Shown: piece after piece, positions 28,548-38,334 of the stretch | How positions within the stretch are numbered: the first letter of the stretch is position 1 | Layout of the letters: every line of letters begins with the position of its first letter | NCBI GenBank assembly: GCA_045586225.1 | Contig: JAZMZX010000101.1 | Span: forward strand, 1-50,058 | Length of the DNA: 50,058 nucleotides | Reading direction: 5' to 3' | Origin: Eubacteriales bacterium | Lineage (GTDB): Bacteria > Bacillota > Clostridia > Oscillospirales > CAG-272 | Notes under the pieces: generated by a model | Seen by the model: the letters and a program-made list of their open reading frames with translations, nothing else | Databases searched by the model: none | What the model was told of the DNA's origin: nothing | Program-made: the position numbers and the translations under genes

Positions 28548-28578
28548 AAAGAGAGAAGACGAGTCTTCTCTCTTTTTT
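28548..28578 (+). terminator. terminator of the pyr operon
   Basis: AAAGAGAGAAGAC-GA-GTCTTCTCTCTTTTTT. Confidence 0.85.
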
Positions 28579-28669
28579 CTATCTAAAAAAATTTCTGGAA
28601 TTTAAAAAATAACAGTACTTTTCGTATGATATAATTATCTCAGCAGAAATCATGCATTTGAGGTGGAAG

Positions 28670-31291
28670 ATGTTCAAGGTGAAGAAAACAGCGATACCGG
28701 CTGTGATTCTGGCGGCTGTGCTCATACCGATGCTTATCCTTTCGGGATGCGGAGAGCAGCCCGCAGATGCGGAAAGCGACACGGCGAAGACCACGGAAAC
28801 CGAAAAAAACAGCAATTCCGACGGCGAAGCAACGCCTCCCTCGGGACTTTACGGAGAGGACGATGATATGTATAACGGAAACTTACCTATAACGGAAATA
28901 ACGGATAAGAGCCGTGTGATACGGTTCGACGAGCCTGCCGGCAAAACCTACGACAGCTGGGAGCAGAAGTCCCTTCCCGTGGGTAACGGAAGCATTGGCG
29001 GTAACGTTTTCGGCAGAGTGGACAGAGAACGCATAACGCTGAACGAAAAAACCTTCTGGACGGGCGGTCCTTCTTCATCCCGCCCGGGCTACATAGGCGG
29101 TAATATCGCTGCGAATGGCAAAAACGGAGAAACTCTCAAGGAGGTTCAGCGTCTTTTCCTGGAGGGGAAGATAGCGGAGGGCGAAAAGCTCTGCGAAAAG
29201 CTTGTGGGCACCTGGGACGGCTACGGCGGATATCAGCTTTTCGGCAATCTTTACCTTGATTTCGGTGAGGTGGAAACAAAAACCGTCACCGATTACGAAA
29301 GAACTCTCGACGTCAACACGGGCATTGCCTCGGTGACGTACACTTATAACGGCGTGAAATACAGCCGCGAGGTCTTTGTCAGCTATCCCGACAACGTCAT
29401 GGTGATCTACTTGACGTCGGAGGGCGGAAAAATGAATTTTTCCCTTGAAGTGGAGCCCGAAAACGATTCCACAGCTCCCCGCATCTCCAAGGTGGAGGCA
29501 GAGGGCAGAAATATCACCGTAAATGGTAAGCTTTCGGATAACGGTCTTCTCTACAGCGCCTGCCTCACCGTCGACACGGACGCGGAAGGCATCACCGAGG
29601 CGAAGAACAGAAAGCTTTACGTGAAGGAAGCCACCGAGGTGACGGTGATCCTTTCAATGGCCACCGATTATAAGAACGATTATCCCAAGTACCGTACCGG
29701 CGAAACGGCAGAGGAGCTTTCCGCGCGCGTTTCGGAAACGGTGAACGCGGCTGACCTCAAGGGCATCGAGGTACTCCGCGCATATCACGTGGAGGATATA
29801 TGGTCTATCCTCGGACGTGTGACCCTTGACCTGGGCGGCGAGGACACGGGCGCCACCACGGATAATATGCTCTTTTCGTATAAGCGCAACCAGCTGACTT
29901 CCGCCGAAAAGGCGCATCTTGAGGAGCTTTTATACTGCTACGGCAGGTATCTTCTCGTTTCCTCCTCAAGGGGAGACACCCTCCCTGCCAATCTTCAGGG
30001 CATCTGGGTGGGCAAAAACGGAAGCGCGTGGAGCTCGGACTATCACATTAACGTGAATCTGCAGATGAATTACTGGCACGCGTACAGCACAAATCTGACG
30101 GAGTGCGCCCTTCCTTTGATAGATTACGTTGACGGACTTCGCGAGCCCGGACGGGTTACGGCGGAAATATACTTCGGTGTCGTTTCCGATGAGGAGCACC
30201 CCGAAAACGGATTTACCGCAAACACGCAGACGACCCCCTTTGGCTGGACGTGCCCCGGCTGGTCCTTCGACTGGGGCTGGTCTCCCGCGGCGGTGCCGTG
30301 GATAATTCAAAACGTGTGGGAATACTACGAATACACCCTGGACGAGAACATCCTCAAAGAGCGCATATATCCTATAATGAAGGAGCAAGCCCGCTTCTAT
30401 TCGCAGATACTCGTGGAGGATGAAAACGGCAGGCTCATATCAACGCCGTCATATTCTCCCGAGCACGGCCCCCGCACAAACGGAAACACCTACGAGCAGA
30501 CCCTCGTTTGGCAGCTTTTCACCGACACCGTTGCGGCGGCAAGGATAGTGGGCGAGGACGAGGCACTTATCGCAGAGTGGGAGGATATCCTTTCCCGTCT
30601 GCGCACGCCCGTTGAGATAGGCGACGACGGACAGATAAAGGAATGGTACCACGAGACCACACTCGGCAGCGTCAAGAATTCCGATGCTTACGGACACCGC
30701 CATCTTTCTCATCTGCTTGGACTTTTCCCCGGCGACCTTATCACAGCGGACACCCCCGAGCTTTTCGATGCCGCGAGAGTTTCCATGGAGGCGAGAGTAG
30801 ACGAATCCACCGGCTGGGCTATGGGACAGCGCTTAAATACGTGGGCGAGACTTGGAGACGGCGAAAAGGTATACGAGCTGATCGGCCTGCTTTTCAAGCG
30901 CGGCATCCTCGATAATCTTTGGGACACACATCCGCCCTTCCAGATAGACGGAAACTTTGGCTACACTGCAGGTGTCACTGAGGCACTGATGCAGAGCAAC
31001 ACCGGAACGATAAAGCTTCTGCCCGCCCTTCCTGATGCATGGGAGAAGGGAAGCGTCATCGGTCTTATCGCAAGGGGAAATTTTGAAATTTCCTTCAGCT
31101 GGGAGGAAAAGACCGTCACCGAGGTTGAAGTGACGGCGAACAAGGGTGGCGAGTGCAGGCTTTCATTCCTTGCGGGCACGGTGGAGGTCACCGATTCCGA
31201 GGGGAAGAAGGTGGACTTCACCCTCACCGACGGCGAGCTCACCTTCGACACCGTCGCAGGCGAAACCTACACGGTGAAAAATACGAAATAA
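28670..31291 (+). CDS. GH95 alpha-L-fucosidase/alpha-L-galactosidase family lipoprotein
   Basis: Lipobox LSGC; SLPVGNG, LNEKTFW, YGRYLLVSSSR, PANLQGIW, DYHININ-like DYHINVNLQMNYW, SYSPEHG, HRHLSHL, THPPFQIDGNFG. Confidence 0.92.
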   Translation: MFKVKKTAIPAVILAAVLIPMLILSGCGEQPADAESDTAKTTETEKNSNSDGEATPPSGLYGEDDDMYNGNLPITEITDKSRVIRFDEPAGKTYDSWEQKSLPVGNGSIGGNVFGRVDRERITLNEKTFWTGGPSSSRPGYIGGNIAANGKNGETLKEVQRLFLEGKIAEGEKLCEKLVGTWDGYGGYQLFGNLYLDFGEVETKTVTDYERTLDVNTGIASVTYTYNGVKYSREVFVSYPDNVMVIYLTSEGGKMNFSLEVEPENDSTAPRISKVEAEGRNITVNGKLSDNGLLYSACLTVDTDAEGITEAKNRKLYVKEATEVTVILSMATDYKNDYPKYRTGETAEELSARVSETVNAADLKGIEVLRAYHVEDIWSILGRVTLDLGGEDTGATTDNMLFSYKRNQLTSAEKAHLEELLYCYGRYLLVSSSRGDTLPANLQGIWVGKNGSAWSSDYHINVNLQMNYWHAYSTNLTECALPLIDYVDGLREPGRVTAEIYFGVVSDEEHPENGFTANTQTTPFGWTCPGWSFDWGWSPAAVPWIIQNVWEYYEYTLDENILKERIYPIMKEQARFYSQILVEDENGRLISTPSYSPEHGPRTNGNTYEQTLVWQLFTDTVAAARIVGEDEALIAEWEDILSRLRTPVEIGDDGQIKEWYHETTLGSVKNSDAYGHRHLSHLLGLFPGDLITADTPELFDAARVSMEARVDESTGWAMGQRLNTWARLGDGEKVYELIGLLFKRGILDNLWDTHPPFQIDGNFGYTAGVTEALMQSNTGTIKLLPALPDAWEKGSVIGLIARGNFEISFSWEEKTVTEVEVTANKGGECRLSFLAGTVEVTDSEGKKVDFTLTDGELTFDTVAGETYTVKNTK

Positions 31292-31292
31292 T

Positions 31293-31322
31293 AAAAAAGC
31301 CCACGGAAACGTGGGCTTTTTT
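31293..31322. terminator. terminator after GH95
   Basis: AAAAAAGCCCACG-GAAA-CGTGGGCTTTTTT. Confidence 0.85.
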
Positions 31323-31366
31323 GCGCGGTGACAGACGGAGCTTATGAGCACTATTGCGGCACGAAG

Positions 31367-31403
31367 CAAAAAAACAGCACACCTTATGGTGTGCTGTCTT
31401 TTT
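31367..31403 (-). terminator. terminator immediately 3' of tRNA-Glu
   Basis: ACAGCACACC-TTAT-GGTGTGCTGT flanked by A/T tracts. Confidence 0.75.
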
Positions 31404-31475
31404 TGACCCGTACGAGAATCGAACTCGTGTTTGCGCCGTGAGAGGGCGCCGTCTTAGCCGCTTGACCAACGGGCC
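31404..31475 (-). tRNA. tRNA-Glu (anticodon CTC), CCA not encoded
   Basis: Minus strand GGCCCGTTGGTCAAGCGGCTAAGACGGCGCCCTCTCACGGCGCAAACACGAGTTCGATTCTCGTACGGGTCA folds as a cloverleaf with a GTTCGA T-loop. Confidence 0.95.
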
Positions 31476-31658
31476 ATTTCCTTTTGGGCTGTGATATTAT
31501 ATCACACAAAAATCCCGTTTGCAATATCTTTTTTGAAAAAATGTTTCGAAATTTCATTTTTCATTTGCGAAAAACGGTCGAAAACGGGAAAACGGCATTT
31601 ACTACCCCGTCCTTGCATATACATTTTTATGATATATTCCCGAAAGGACGTGTATGCG

Positions 31659-34337
31659 GTGAACACCTTATATAAAAACGATCTGCAGAAAACAGCTGTG
31701 CCAAAGGGGCTGACAACCGCGGAAGCGGCGGCTTCCATAGCGAAGCACGGCGCAAACGTGATCCTCCGCAGACGGAAAAAGAGCTTTTTCCGTCGTTATC
31801 TTGAGGGCTTTTCCGATCCTATCATAAGGATACTTCTCTTCGCCCTACTTCTGAACGTGATCATATCCATCGGTAACGTGGACTTATACGAAACGGCCGG
31901 TATCGTTATTGCGGTGATGATATCCACGGTGGTTTCTGCCGTGTCGGAGCATGGGAGCGAGCGCGCCTTTGAGAAGCTGAACGAAAAAAGCACCTCCGTT
32001 TTCTGCAGAGTGATGCGCGACGGGGTGGCGGTGATGCTGCCCTGCTCACAGGTGGCTGTGGGCGATGCGGTGCTTCTCTCCGCAGGCGACGGCATCCCTG
32101 CCGACGGGACGGTGGTTTCGGGCAGGGTATCCGTTGACCAGAGCGCACTTAACGGCGAATCCCGCGATGAGGAGAAGATGCCGCTGGCGGGCGGTTTCCC
32201 CTCGGGGGCAGACCTTCCCGAAAGGAAAAACGTGCTTCTCAGAGGCTCCACCGTCACGTCGGGCAGTTGTGTGATGCAGGTGGAAAGGGTGGGGGAGAGC
32301 ACGATGTACGGCGGAATCGCCGCCTCGCTCCTTTCCGAGAAGCGCGAAAGCCCCCTGAAGCACCGTTTGTCTGAGCTTGCAAGAGCCGTGAGCTCTCTTG
32401 GCTATGCTGCGGCGGCGATGGTGGCGGTGGCGTTTCTTTTTAACGAATACTTCATCGGAAACGGAATGTATATGCCCCGTGTTATCGCAGCCCTTTCCGA
32501 CGTGAGGGGGCTCGTGGCGAATCTGCTTGCCGCCGCCACCCTTGCCATATCGGTGCTTGTGGTGGCGGTGCCCGAGGGGCTGCCCATGATGATAACGGTG
32601 GTGCTTTCGTCGAATATGAACCGGATGCTTCGGGATAAGGTGCTCGTGCGCAAGCTTGTGGGCATAGAAACGGCAGGTAGCCTGAACGTGCTTTTCTGCG
32701 ACAAAACGGGCACTCTCACCTGCGGCGACTTTACTGTGACGAAATACGTCACGGCGGAGGAGGAGTTTTCCGCTGTGTCCACCATGCGCCGACGGCAAAG
32801 GATACATGGGCTTTATCTTGCATCATGTATTTACAATACAGACAGCAGTGTGGGCATGAAAAACGGCAGACGCGAGCCTCTCGGCGGCAATTCCACAGAC
32901 AGAGCGCTTTTGGAGTCTGTTATTGATGAAAGCACCGCCTGCCTTCGCGGCGTAAGGCTTCTTGAGCGCACTCCCTTCAACAGCGAGAATAAATATTCCG
33001 AAGCTACGGTAGACACTCCCGAGGGGAAGCTGACCCTCGTCAAGGGGGCGCCGGAGATAATACTCTCCCGCGCGGACACCTATGTGAGCGCCAACGGGGA
33101 GATAAAGCCGCTGCTTTCGAGAGGTGCTCTGACGGAGAAATACCGCGCCGCGGCAAGGGAGGGGAAGCGGATGATAGCGGTGGCAGTTGCCAAAGGGGAG
33201 CACCGCGGCTTGCCTCCCACCCTCTCTTTTCTTCTTCTCGTTTTTATAAACGACGAGGCGCGGCCAGAGGCAAGAGCCGCCGTTTCGGAGATACGGGGCG
33301 CGGGCGTTTCCGTTGTGATGATAACGGGCGACGGGGAGGATACGGCAAGAGCAATAGGGGAGCGAGTGGGTATTCTCGATAAGGGTGGCGGCACGGTGCT
33401 GACGGGAGCCGCTCTCCGCACCCTGACGGAGGGGGAGCTGACGGCTCTTTTACCGTCGCTGAGAGTTGTGTGCCGCGCCCTGCCCGGGGATAAGGAGCGG
33501 CTGGTGCGTGTGTCGCAGAAGGCGGGACTCGTTGTGGGGATGACGGGCGACGGCGTGAACGACGCGCCCGCGCTCAAGGCCTCGGACGTGGGCTTCGCTC
33601 TCGGAAGCGGCACGGAGGTGGCAAAGGAGGCGGGGGATATCGTTATCCTTGACGATAACGTGAAAAGCATCGGCCGCGCCATACTATACGGAAGGACCAT
33701 ATTCGACAGCATACGGAAATTCATCGTTTTCCAGCTGACGATGAATCTTTGCGCCGTTGGCGTGTCGGTGCTTGGCCCCTTCATCGGCGTGGAATCTCCA
33801 GTCACCGTTATACAGATGCTGTGGGTGAATCTTATCATGGATACCCTCGGCGGCCTTGCCTTTGCGGGCGAGGCTCCGAGACGGGACTATATGCGCGAGC
33901 TGCCGAAAAGGCGGGATGAGAAGATATTGGGCAAAAAAGAGATCAGCCGGGTGCTTATCACGGGCGGATTTGCGGTGGCGGCGTCACTTTGCTATCTGAA
34001 GCTGCCCTTTTTCAGAGACACCTTCGGATACGGGGGCGACTACGGGCGGTTTATCACCGTTTTCTTTGCCATGTTCGTGTTCTGCGGCATATTTATGGCC
34101 TTCAACTGCCGCACAACGAGGATAAATCTTGCCTCCCACATCGGAAAAAATCCCGCGTTTCTCTTCATAATGGCGGCAACGGCGGCGGTGCAGCTTCTCA
34201 TCGTGTATTTTGGCGGCCGCATCTTCCGCACAACGCCGCTTTCCGCGCGCGATATGTGCTTCGCTCTTGCCGCGGCATTCACCGTGGTGCCCTTTGACCT
34301 TCTGCGAAAATGCCTCATTCGGAAGAAAAGAAAATAA
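31659..34337 (+). CDS. Ca2+-translocating P-type ATPase (start approximate)
   Basis: LNGES, VPEGLP, phosphorylation site DKTGTLT, KGAPE, MITGD, GDGVNDAPAL, QMLWVNLIMDT. GTG 31659 follows AAAGGA. Confidence 0.93.
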   Translation: MNTLYKNDLQKTAVPKGLTTAEAAASIAKHGANVILRRRKKSFFRRYLEGFSDPIIRILLFALLLNVIISIGNVDLYETAGIVIAVMISTVVSAVSEHGSERAFEKLNEKSTSVFCRVMRDGVAVMLPCSQVAVGDAVLLSAGDGIPADGTVVSGRVSVDQSALNGESRDEEKMPLAGGFPSGADLPERKNVLLRGSTVTSGSCVMQVERVGESTMYGGIAASLLSEKRESPLKHRLSELARAVSSLGYAAAAMVAVAFLFNEYFIGNGMYMPRVIAALSDVRGLVANLLAAATLAISVLVVAVPEGLPMMITVVLSSNMNRMLRDKVLVRKLVGIETAGSLNVLFCDKTGTLTCGDFTVTKYVTAEEEFSAVSTMRRRQRIHGLYLASCIYNTDSSVGMKNGRREPLGGNSTDRALLESVIDESTACLRGVRLLERTPFNSENKYSEATVDTPEGKLTLVKGAPEIILSRADTYVSANGEIKPLLSRGALTEKYRAAAREGKRMIAVAVAKGEHRGLPPTLSFLLLVFINDEARPEARAAVSEIRGAGVSVVMITGDGEDTARAIGERVGILDKGGGTVLTGAALRTLTEGELTALLPSLRVVCRALPGDKERLVRVSQKAGLVVGMTGDGVNDAPALKASDVGFALGSGTEVAKEAGDIVILDDNVKSIGRAILYGRTIFDSIRKFIVFQLTMNLCAVGVSVLGPFIGVESPVTVIQMLWVNLIMDTLGGLAFAGEAPRRDYMRELPKRRDEKILGKKEISRVLITGGFAVAASLCYLKLPFFRDTFGYGGDYGRFITVFFAMFVFCGIFMAFNCRTTRINLASHIGKNPAFLFIMAATAAVQLLIVYFGGRIFRTTPLSARDMCFALAAAFTVVPFDLLRKCLIRKKRK

Positions 34338-34363
34338 AAAAGAACCCCGACGGGGTTCTTTTT
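34337..34363. terminator. bidirectional terminator
   Basis: AAAAAGAACCCCG-A-CGGGGTTCTTTTT between convergent genes. Confidence 0.8.
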
Positions 34364-34913
34364 ATTGGTTGTTGAAAAATTCCGCCACGCTTTTGGCTCC
34401 GTTCACAGCGTCGGTGTCGTCCGAGGCCGGGATGGTGTTTGTGTTATGGGAAATCACGAGGGGGTGGATATCGTATGCGTTCATGTGGTGAAGGAGCGTG
34501 ACGGCGGTCTTATGCGCCGCGTCTCCGTTTCCGTCGCCGCCGCCCACAAGGATAACAGCGCCCCGTTTAGGCTTGGTGATCACCTTTTCGCGGCGGAAGA
34601 AACTGCCGCAAAAAAAGGTCTGCAGTCGGCTTCCAAGGTCGAGAAGCTTTCCCGTCAGCTCGGAAAAATAGATGGGAGACGCGATCACGATATTGTCGCA
34701 CTCCTCGATATAGGCATATATCTCCTGCATTTCGTCGTTTATGGCACACCCGCGATGTTCCCAGCAGTATCTGCAGTCAAGGCAGGGAGATACGGAGCAT
34801 CTGTATGCGTCGACGACCTTGTATTCGCCCGCGAGGGAATCGGTGAGCGTGCGTATAAGGCTGACGGTGTCGCCGTTTTTGCGTGGCGAGCCGTTAAAGA
34901 TAAGAGTTTTCAT
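34362..34913 (-). CDS. iron-sulfur flavoprotein/flavodoxin family protein
   Basis: NGSPRKNGDT, CLDCRYCWEHRGC, ASPIYF. Confidence 0.88.
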   Translation of the reverse strand: MKTLIFNGSPRKNGDTVSLIRTLTDSLAGEYKVVDAYRCSVSPCLDCRYCWEHRGCAINDEMQEIYAYIEECDNIVIASPIYFSELTGKLLDLGSRLQTFFCGSFFRREKVITKPKRGAVILVGGGDGNGDAAHKTAVTLLHHMNAYDIHPLVISHNTNTIPASDDTDAVNGAKSVAEFFNNQ

Positions 34914-34995
34914 TGTATTTTCCGTAAATGATCATTCCGTAAGCAAACGCGCACGAGGCTTTTGCTCTGTGCGCGTTTACCTGTGATGTGACCGC

Positions 34996-35439
34996 TTATA
35001 AAAGCGTGCGTTTTTTGCTGTCAAGATAATCCTGCATGATTATCTCTGCGGAGAGGGTGTCCACCTTGCCCTTGCGGTCGCGGCCGCGCGTGTTCGTCAG
35101 ATTCATTATCTGATGTGCGGCGGAGGTGGTGAGCCTTTCGTCGAAAAGGATAACGGGAAGCCCCGTCAGCTCCTCAAGCATTTTGCCGAAGGCACGTGCC
35201 TTCTCGGCGCGGGGTCCTTCCGTGCCGTTCATATTCACGGGCAAGCCGAGAACTATCTCGGAGACGTCGTTTTTCTTTGCCGCCTCGGCAACGGCATCAG
35301 CCGTTTTTCTCATTCCCGTTGCCTTCACGGTGCCGATGCCGGAGGCAAGGAAGCCGGAAAGGTCGGATAGGGCGAGACCCGTGCGTGCGTCGCCGTAGTC
35401 TACGCCAAGTATTCGTTTGCGATTTGAAGTCAACATCAT
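34996..35439 (-). CDS. ruvX: YqgF/RuvX nuclease
   Basis: ILGVDYGDARTGLALSD, VLGLPVNMNG, DERLTT, VDTLSA. Confidence 0.93.
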   Translation of the reverse strand: MMLTSNRKRILGVDYGDARTGLALSDLSGFLASGIGTVKATGMRKTADAVAEAAKKNDVSEIVLGLPVNMNGTEGPRAEKARAFGKMLEELTGLPVILFDERLTTSAAHQIMNLTNTRGRDRKGKVDTLSAEIIMQDYLDSKKRTLL

Positions 35440-36371
35440 TAAAGCTCGATCTTTCGGTTCGTGATAAACTCTGCCACCTCGTCCTTGGTGGGGATGGAAT
35501 CCAGCTTGCCGGGACGGGAGATGGAGAGGGCAGCCGTCGCGTTTGCATACTTAACGGCGCGCATAATATTTTTGCTTCTTGCGTATTCAGCCGCCATGGC
35601 AGCGGTGAATATGTCGCCGGAGCCGGCGGTGTCTGCCTTGGTCACGTTGTTTGCCATGACGACGTTATAGTATTTGCCGTCGTAGATGAAGGCTCCGCGC
35701 TCACCCATTTTGATAACATAGTACTTAGCCGTCACCATGGATGCAAGGCGGATAACGGCACGCAGACAGTTTTCCGTGGAGGAGGGGGCGATGCCGGTGT
35801 ACATCTGCAGCTCGCTTTCGTTGGGGCAGAATATCTCCGAGGGGAAGAGCTTTGACAGGGGATAGTCGGCTCTTGCACCCTGAGCGCTGATGACCAGGGG
35901 GATATCCTTTCTTGCCGCAAGCTCCGAGGCGGAGATAGCGATGCGCTCGGGAATATCCAGCTTCATGAGAGCTACGTCGGGCAGGGAGGTGAAGGCCTCC
36001 TCAACGTCGAGGGCGGAAAGGAAAAGGTTTGCGCCGGGGAAGTGGAGGGTCTGACGCTCGCCGGTGGGGAGCACGGCAACGGAGGAAAGACCGGTGGAGG
36101 CGCGTCTGTCCATAAACATGAAGCGGGTGTCAACGCCGATCTCGCGGTATATGGAGCGTAAGCGCTGTCCGTTAGGGTCGTTGCCCACGCGGGCGCACAG
36201 GATAGCCTCTGCGCCGAGAGCCGTCACGGTAACGGCGTACATAGCGCCCGTTCCGCCGGGAACGTAATCGTAGGCGTTGCCCACCACGATCTTGCCCGTT
36301 TCGGGGAATGAGTCCGTGCGGCACACAAAATCAATATTGGCTTCGCTGATAACGAGTATTCTGGGCTTCAT
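35439..36371 (-). CDS. PfkB/ribokinase-family sugar kinase
   Basis: PGGTG, ARVGND, PNESE, IKMGERG and anion-hole motif DTAGSGDIF. Confidence 0.85.
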   Translation of the reverse strand: MKPRILVISEANIDFVCRTDSFPETGKIVVGNAYDYVPGGTGAMYAVTVTALGAEAILCARVGNDPNGQRLRSIYREIGVDTRFMFMDRRASTGLSSVAVLPTGERQTLHFPGANLFLSALDVEEAFTSLPDVALMKLDIPERIAISASELAARKDIPLVISAQGARADYPLSKLFPSEIFCPNESELQMYTGIAPSSTENCLRAVIRLASMVTAKYYVIKMGERGAFIYDGKYYNVVMANNVTKADTAGSGDIFTAAMAAEYARSKNIMRAVKYANATAALSISRPGKLDSIPTKDEVAEFITNRKIEL

Positions 36372-36422
36372 TTTTACGCTCCTTTTTTTGTTTTATTATT
36401 AATTATGCCCCTTTCAGGCAGG

Positions 36423-37871
36423 TCAGGTCTTCGAGTGACGGGAGAGCAGCTTCTGTCTTTCGTTCCAGAGGCGCTCCGAAAGGTCAACGTAGTAGCTGTG
36501 GGGGTTTTCAAAGCGAAGGACCTCGTCCCAGAGGGATTGGAGCTGCAGCATGCAGTATTCTCTTGCTGCCTCCAGAGGCGGATTTTTATATACGCATTCG
36601 CCGTTTCTGAATATCTCCTTGAGAAGAGGACGTGCGTAATAATTCGTGAGCACCTTGCGTTTCCAGGTGTAGCTGGGGTCGAAGATCTCAAGGGGCTGCT
36701 TGTCGTTTACCTCCTCATCGTAGAGGGTGATAAGGTCTGCCTCTGCCTTGCCCGTTTCCTTGGAGAAGAGGCGGTACACCTTTTTGAAATGAGGTGTGGT
36801 GATCTTGGCAACGTTTTCGCTTATCTTGATCTTGGGGATGATGTTGCCTTCCTTATCCTCAACGGCGACCAGCTTATAAACGCCGCCGAAAACGGGGGAG
36901 CTTTTTGCGGTGATAAGGCGCTCGCCAACGCCGAAGGCGTCGATCTGCGCGCCCTGGCGGATCATATCGCGGATGAGATATTCGTCGAGGGAATTGGAAA
37001 CAAGGATCTTGCAGTAGTCAAAGCCTGCGTCGTCCAGCATCTTGCGTGCCTTTTTGGAAAGGTACGTAATGTCGCCGGAGTCCAGGCGGATGGCGCACTT
37101 TTTGATGCCGCGGGGCAAAAGCACCTCGCGGAAGGCGCGGATGGCATTGGGAATACCGCTTTTCAGCACGTTATAGGTGTCGACGAGCAGGGTGGCGGAT
37201 TCGGGATATATCTCGCAGTAGGTGCGGAATGCCTCGTATTCCGTGTCAAACATCTGCACCCAGGAATGAGCCATGGTGCCCGTTGCGGGTACGCCGTAAA
37301 GCTCGTCCGTTACAGTGCAGGCGGTGGCGTTCACGCCTCCGATGTAGGCTGCTCTTGCACCGAGGATGGCGGCGTCCGCATTGTGAGCGCGGCGTGAGCC
37401 GAATTCGCTGACGGTCCTGCCGTCGGCGGCTCTCACGATACGGGATGCCTTCGTTGCCACGAGAGACTGATGGTTTATGGTGAGGAGCAGGTAGGTCTCG
37501 ATAAACTGCGCCTCGGGCGCGGGGGCGCGCACTGTGATGATGGGCTCGTTGGGGAAGATAACGGTGCCCTCAGGCATTGCCCACATATCGCCGGTGAATC
37601 GGAAATCTTTCAAATAATCAAGGAAGCTTTCATCGAAGATCTTCTTTCTGCGGAGGTATTCGATGTCCTCCTCGTCAAAATGAAGGTCCTTTACGTATTC
37701 GATTATCTGCTCAAGACCTGCAGCCACGGCATAGCCGCCGCCGTCGGGCACGGAACGGAAGTAAACGTCGAAATATGATATCTCGTCGGCTTTACCGCAT
37801 TTCAGGTATCCGTTTGCCATGGTGAGCTCGTAAAAGTCGCAGAGCATCGTAAGATTTCTTTTGTTTTCCAT
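36423..37871 (-). CDS. pncB: nicotinate phosphoribosyltransferase
   Basis: DFYELTM, EFGSRRAH, GTMAHSW, LLVDTY, IRLDSGD, SNSLDE, GGVYKL. Confidence 0.96.
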   Translation of the reverse strand: MENKRNLTMLCDFYELTMANGYLKCGKADEISYFDVYFRSVPDGGGYAVAAGLEQIIEYVKDLHFDEEDIEYLRRKKIFDESFLDYLKDFRFTGDMWAMPEGTVIFPNEPIITVRAPAPEAQFIETYLLLTINHQSLVATKASRIVRAADGRTVSEFGSRRAHNADAAILGARAAYIGGVNATACTVTDELYGVPATGTMAHSWVQMFDTEYEAFRTYCEIYPESATLLVDTYNVLKSGIPNAIRAFREVLLPRGIKKCAIRLDSGDITYLSKKARKMLDDAGFDYCKILVSNSLDEYLIRDMIRQGAQIDAFGVGERLITAKSSPVFGGVYKLVAVEDKEGNIIPKIKISENVAKITTPHFKKVYRLFSKETGKAEADLITLYDEEVNDKQPLEIFDPSYTWKRKVLTNYYARPLLKEIFRNGECVYKNPPLEAAREYCMLQLQSLWDEVLRFENPHSYYVDLSERLWNERQKLLSRHSKT

Positions 37872-37916
37872 TTTGCAAAAGCTCCGATTTTGTGAGTTTA
37901 TGTGTTTATATATAAT

Positions 37917-37945
37917 ATTATATATTCTTTTTTTCTATCTTGCAA
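37917..37945 (-). promoter_or_regulatory. sigma-A promoter of pncB
   Basis: Minus strand reads TTGCAA-17 nt-TATAAT. Confidence 0.65.
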
Positions 37946-38028
37946 CAAAACTTTCGTAAATATTGCCGATCCTATGGCATATGAAAAAATATTAAAGGAA
38001 TTCGCAAAAAAACGATATTCAAATTTTG

Positions 38029-38057
38029 TTGCATATGTATATGCTGCGTGATAGAAT
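38029..38057 (+). promoter_or_regulatory. sigma-A promoter of the sugar-acid operon with an overlapping palindrome
   Basis: TTGCAT-17 nt-TAGAAT (TG-extended); GCATAT-GT-ATATGC at 38031-38044. Confidence 0.65.
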
Positions 38058-38091
38058 TAACTTAGATAAATGTGCTTTACGGGGAGGGCGT

Positions 38092-38316
38092 ATGTTCAAA
38101 AAACGCAGGGCGAAAAAGGAGCTTGACGCTCTTCGCGCAGAGATAGATATCAATCTTATGAACAATTATAAATCCGTGGCTCACGAGGCAAGGATACGCT
38201 TCGGACAAAGGATCGAGGAAATGTACAAAGAGAGCAGGATCGACGAGGCGACCTACAAGGAATATAAGCGGGTCTACGGCGAATACTGCGAGAAAATGGC
38301 AAACTACAGACACTAA
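38092..38316 (+). CDS. small hypothetical protein (74 aa)
   Basis: Strong RBS GGGGAGG before ATG 38092; charged, helical-looking sequence; first gene after the promoter. Confidence 0.7.
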   Translation: MFKKRRAKKELDALRAEIDINLMNNYKSVAHEARIRFGQRIEEMYKESRIDEATYKEYKRVYGEYCEKMANYRH

Positions 38317-38334
38317 ATATAAGGGGGACAGACC

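Noticed and set aside
31293-31480. tRNA-Glu as an island integration site
   Set aside because: No integrase and no duplicated tRNA 3' end were seen in the window.
37872-37916. NrtR/NiaR box upstream of pncB
   Set aside because: AT-rich sequence without a convincing palindrome.
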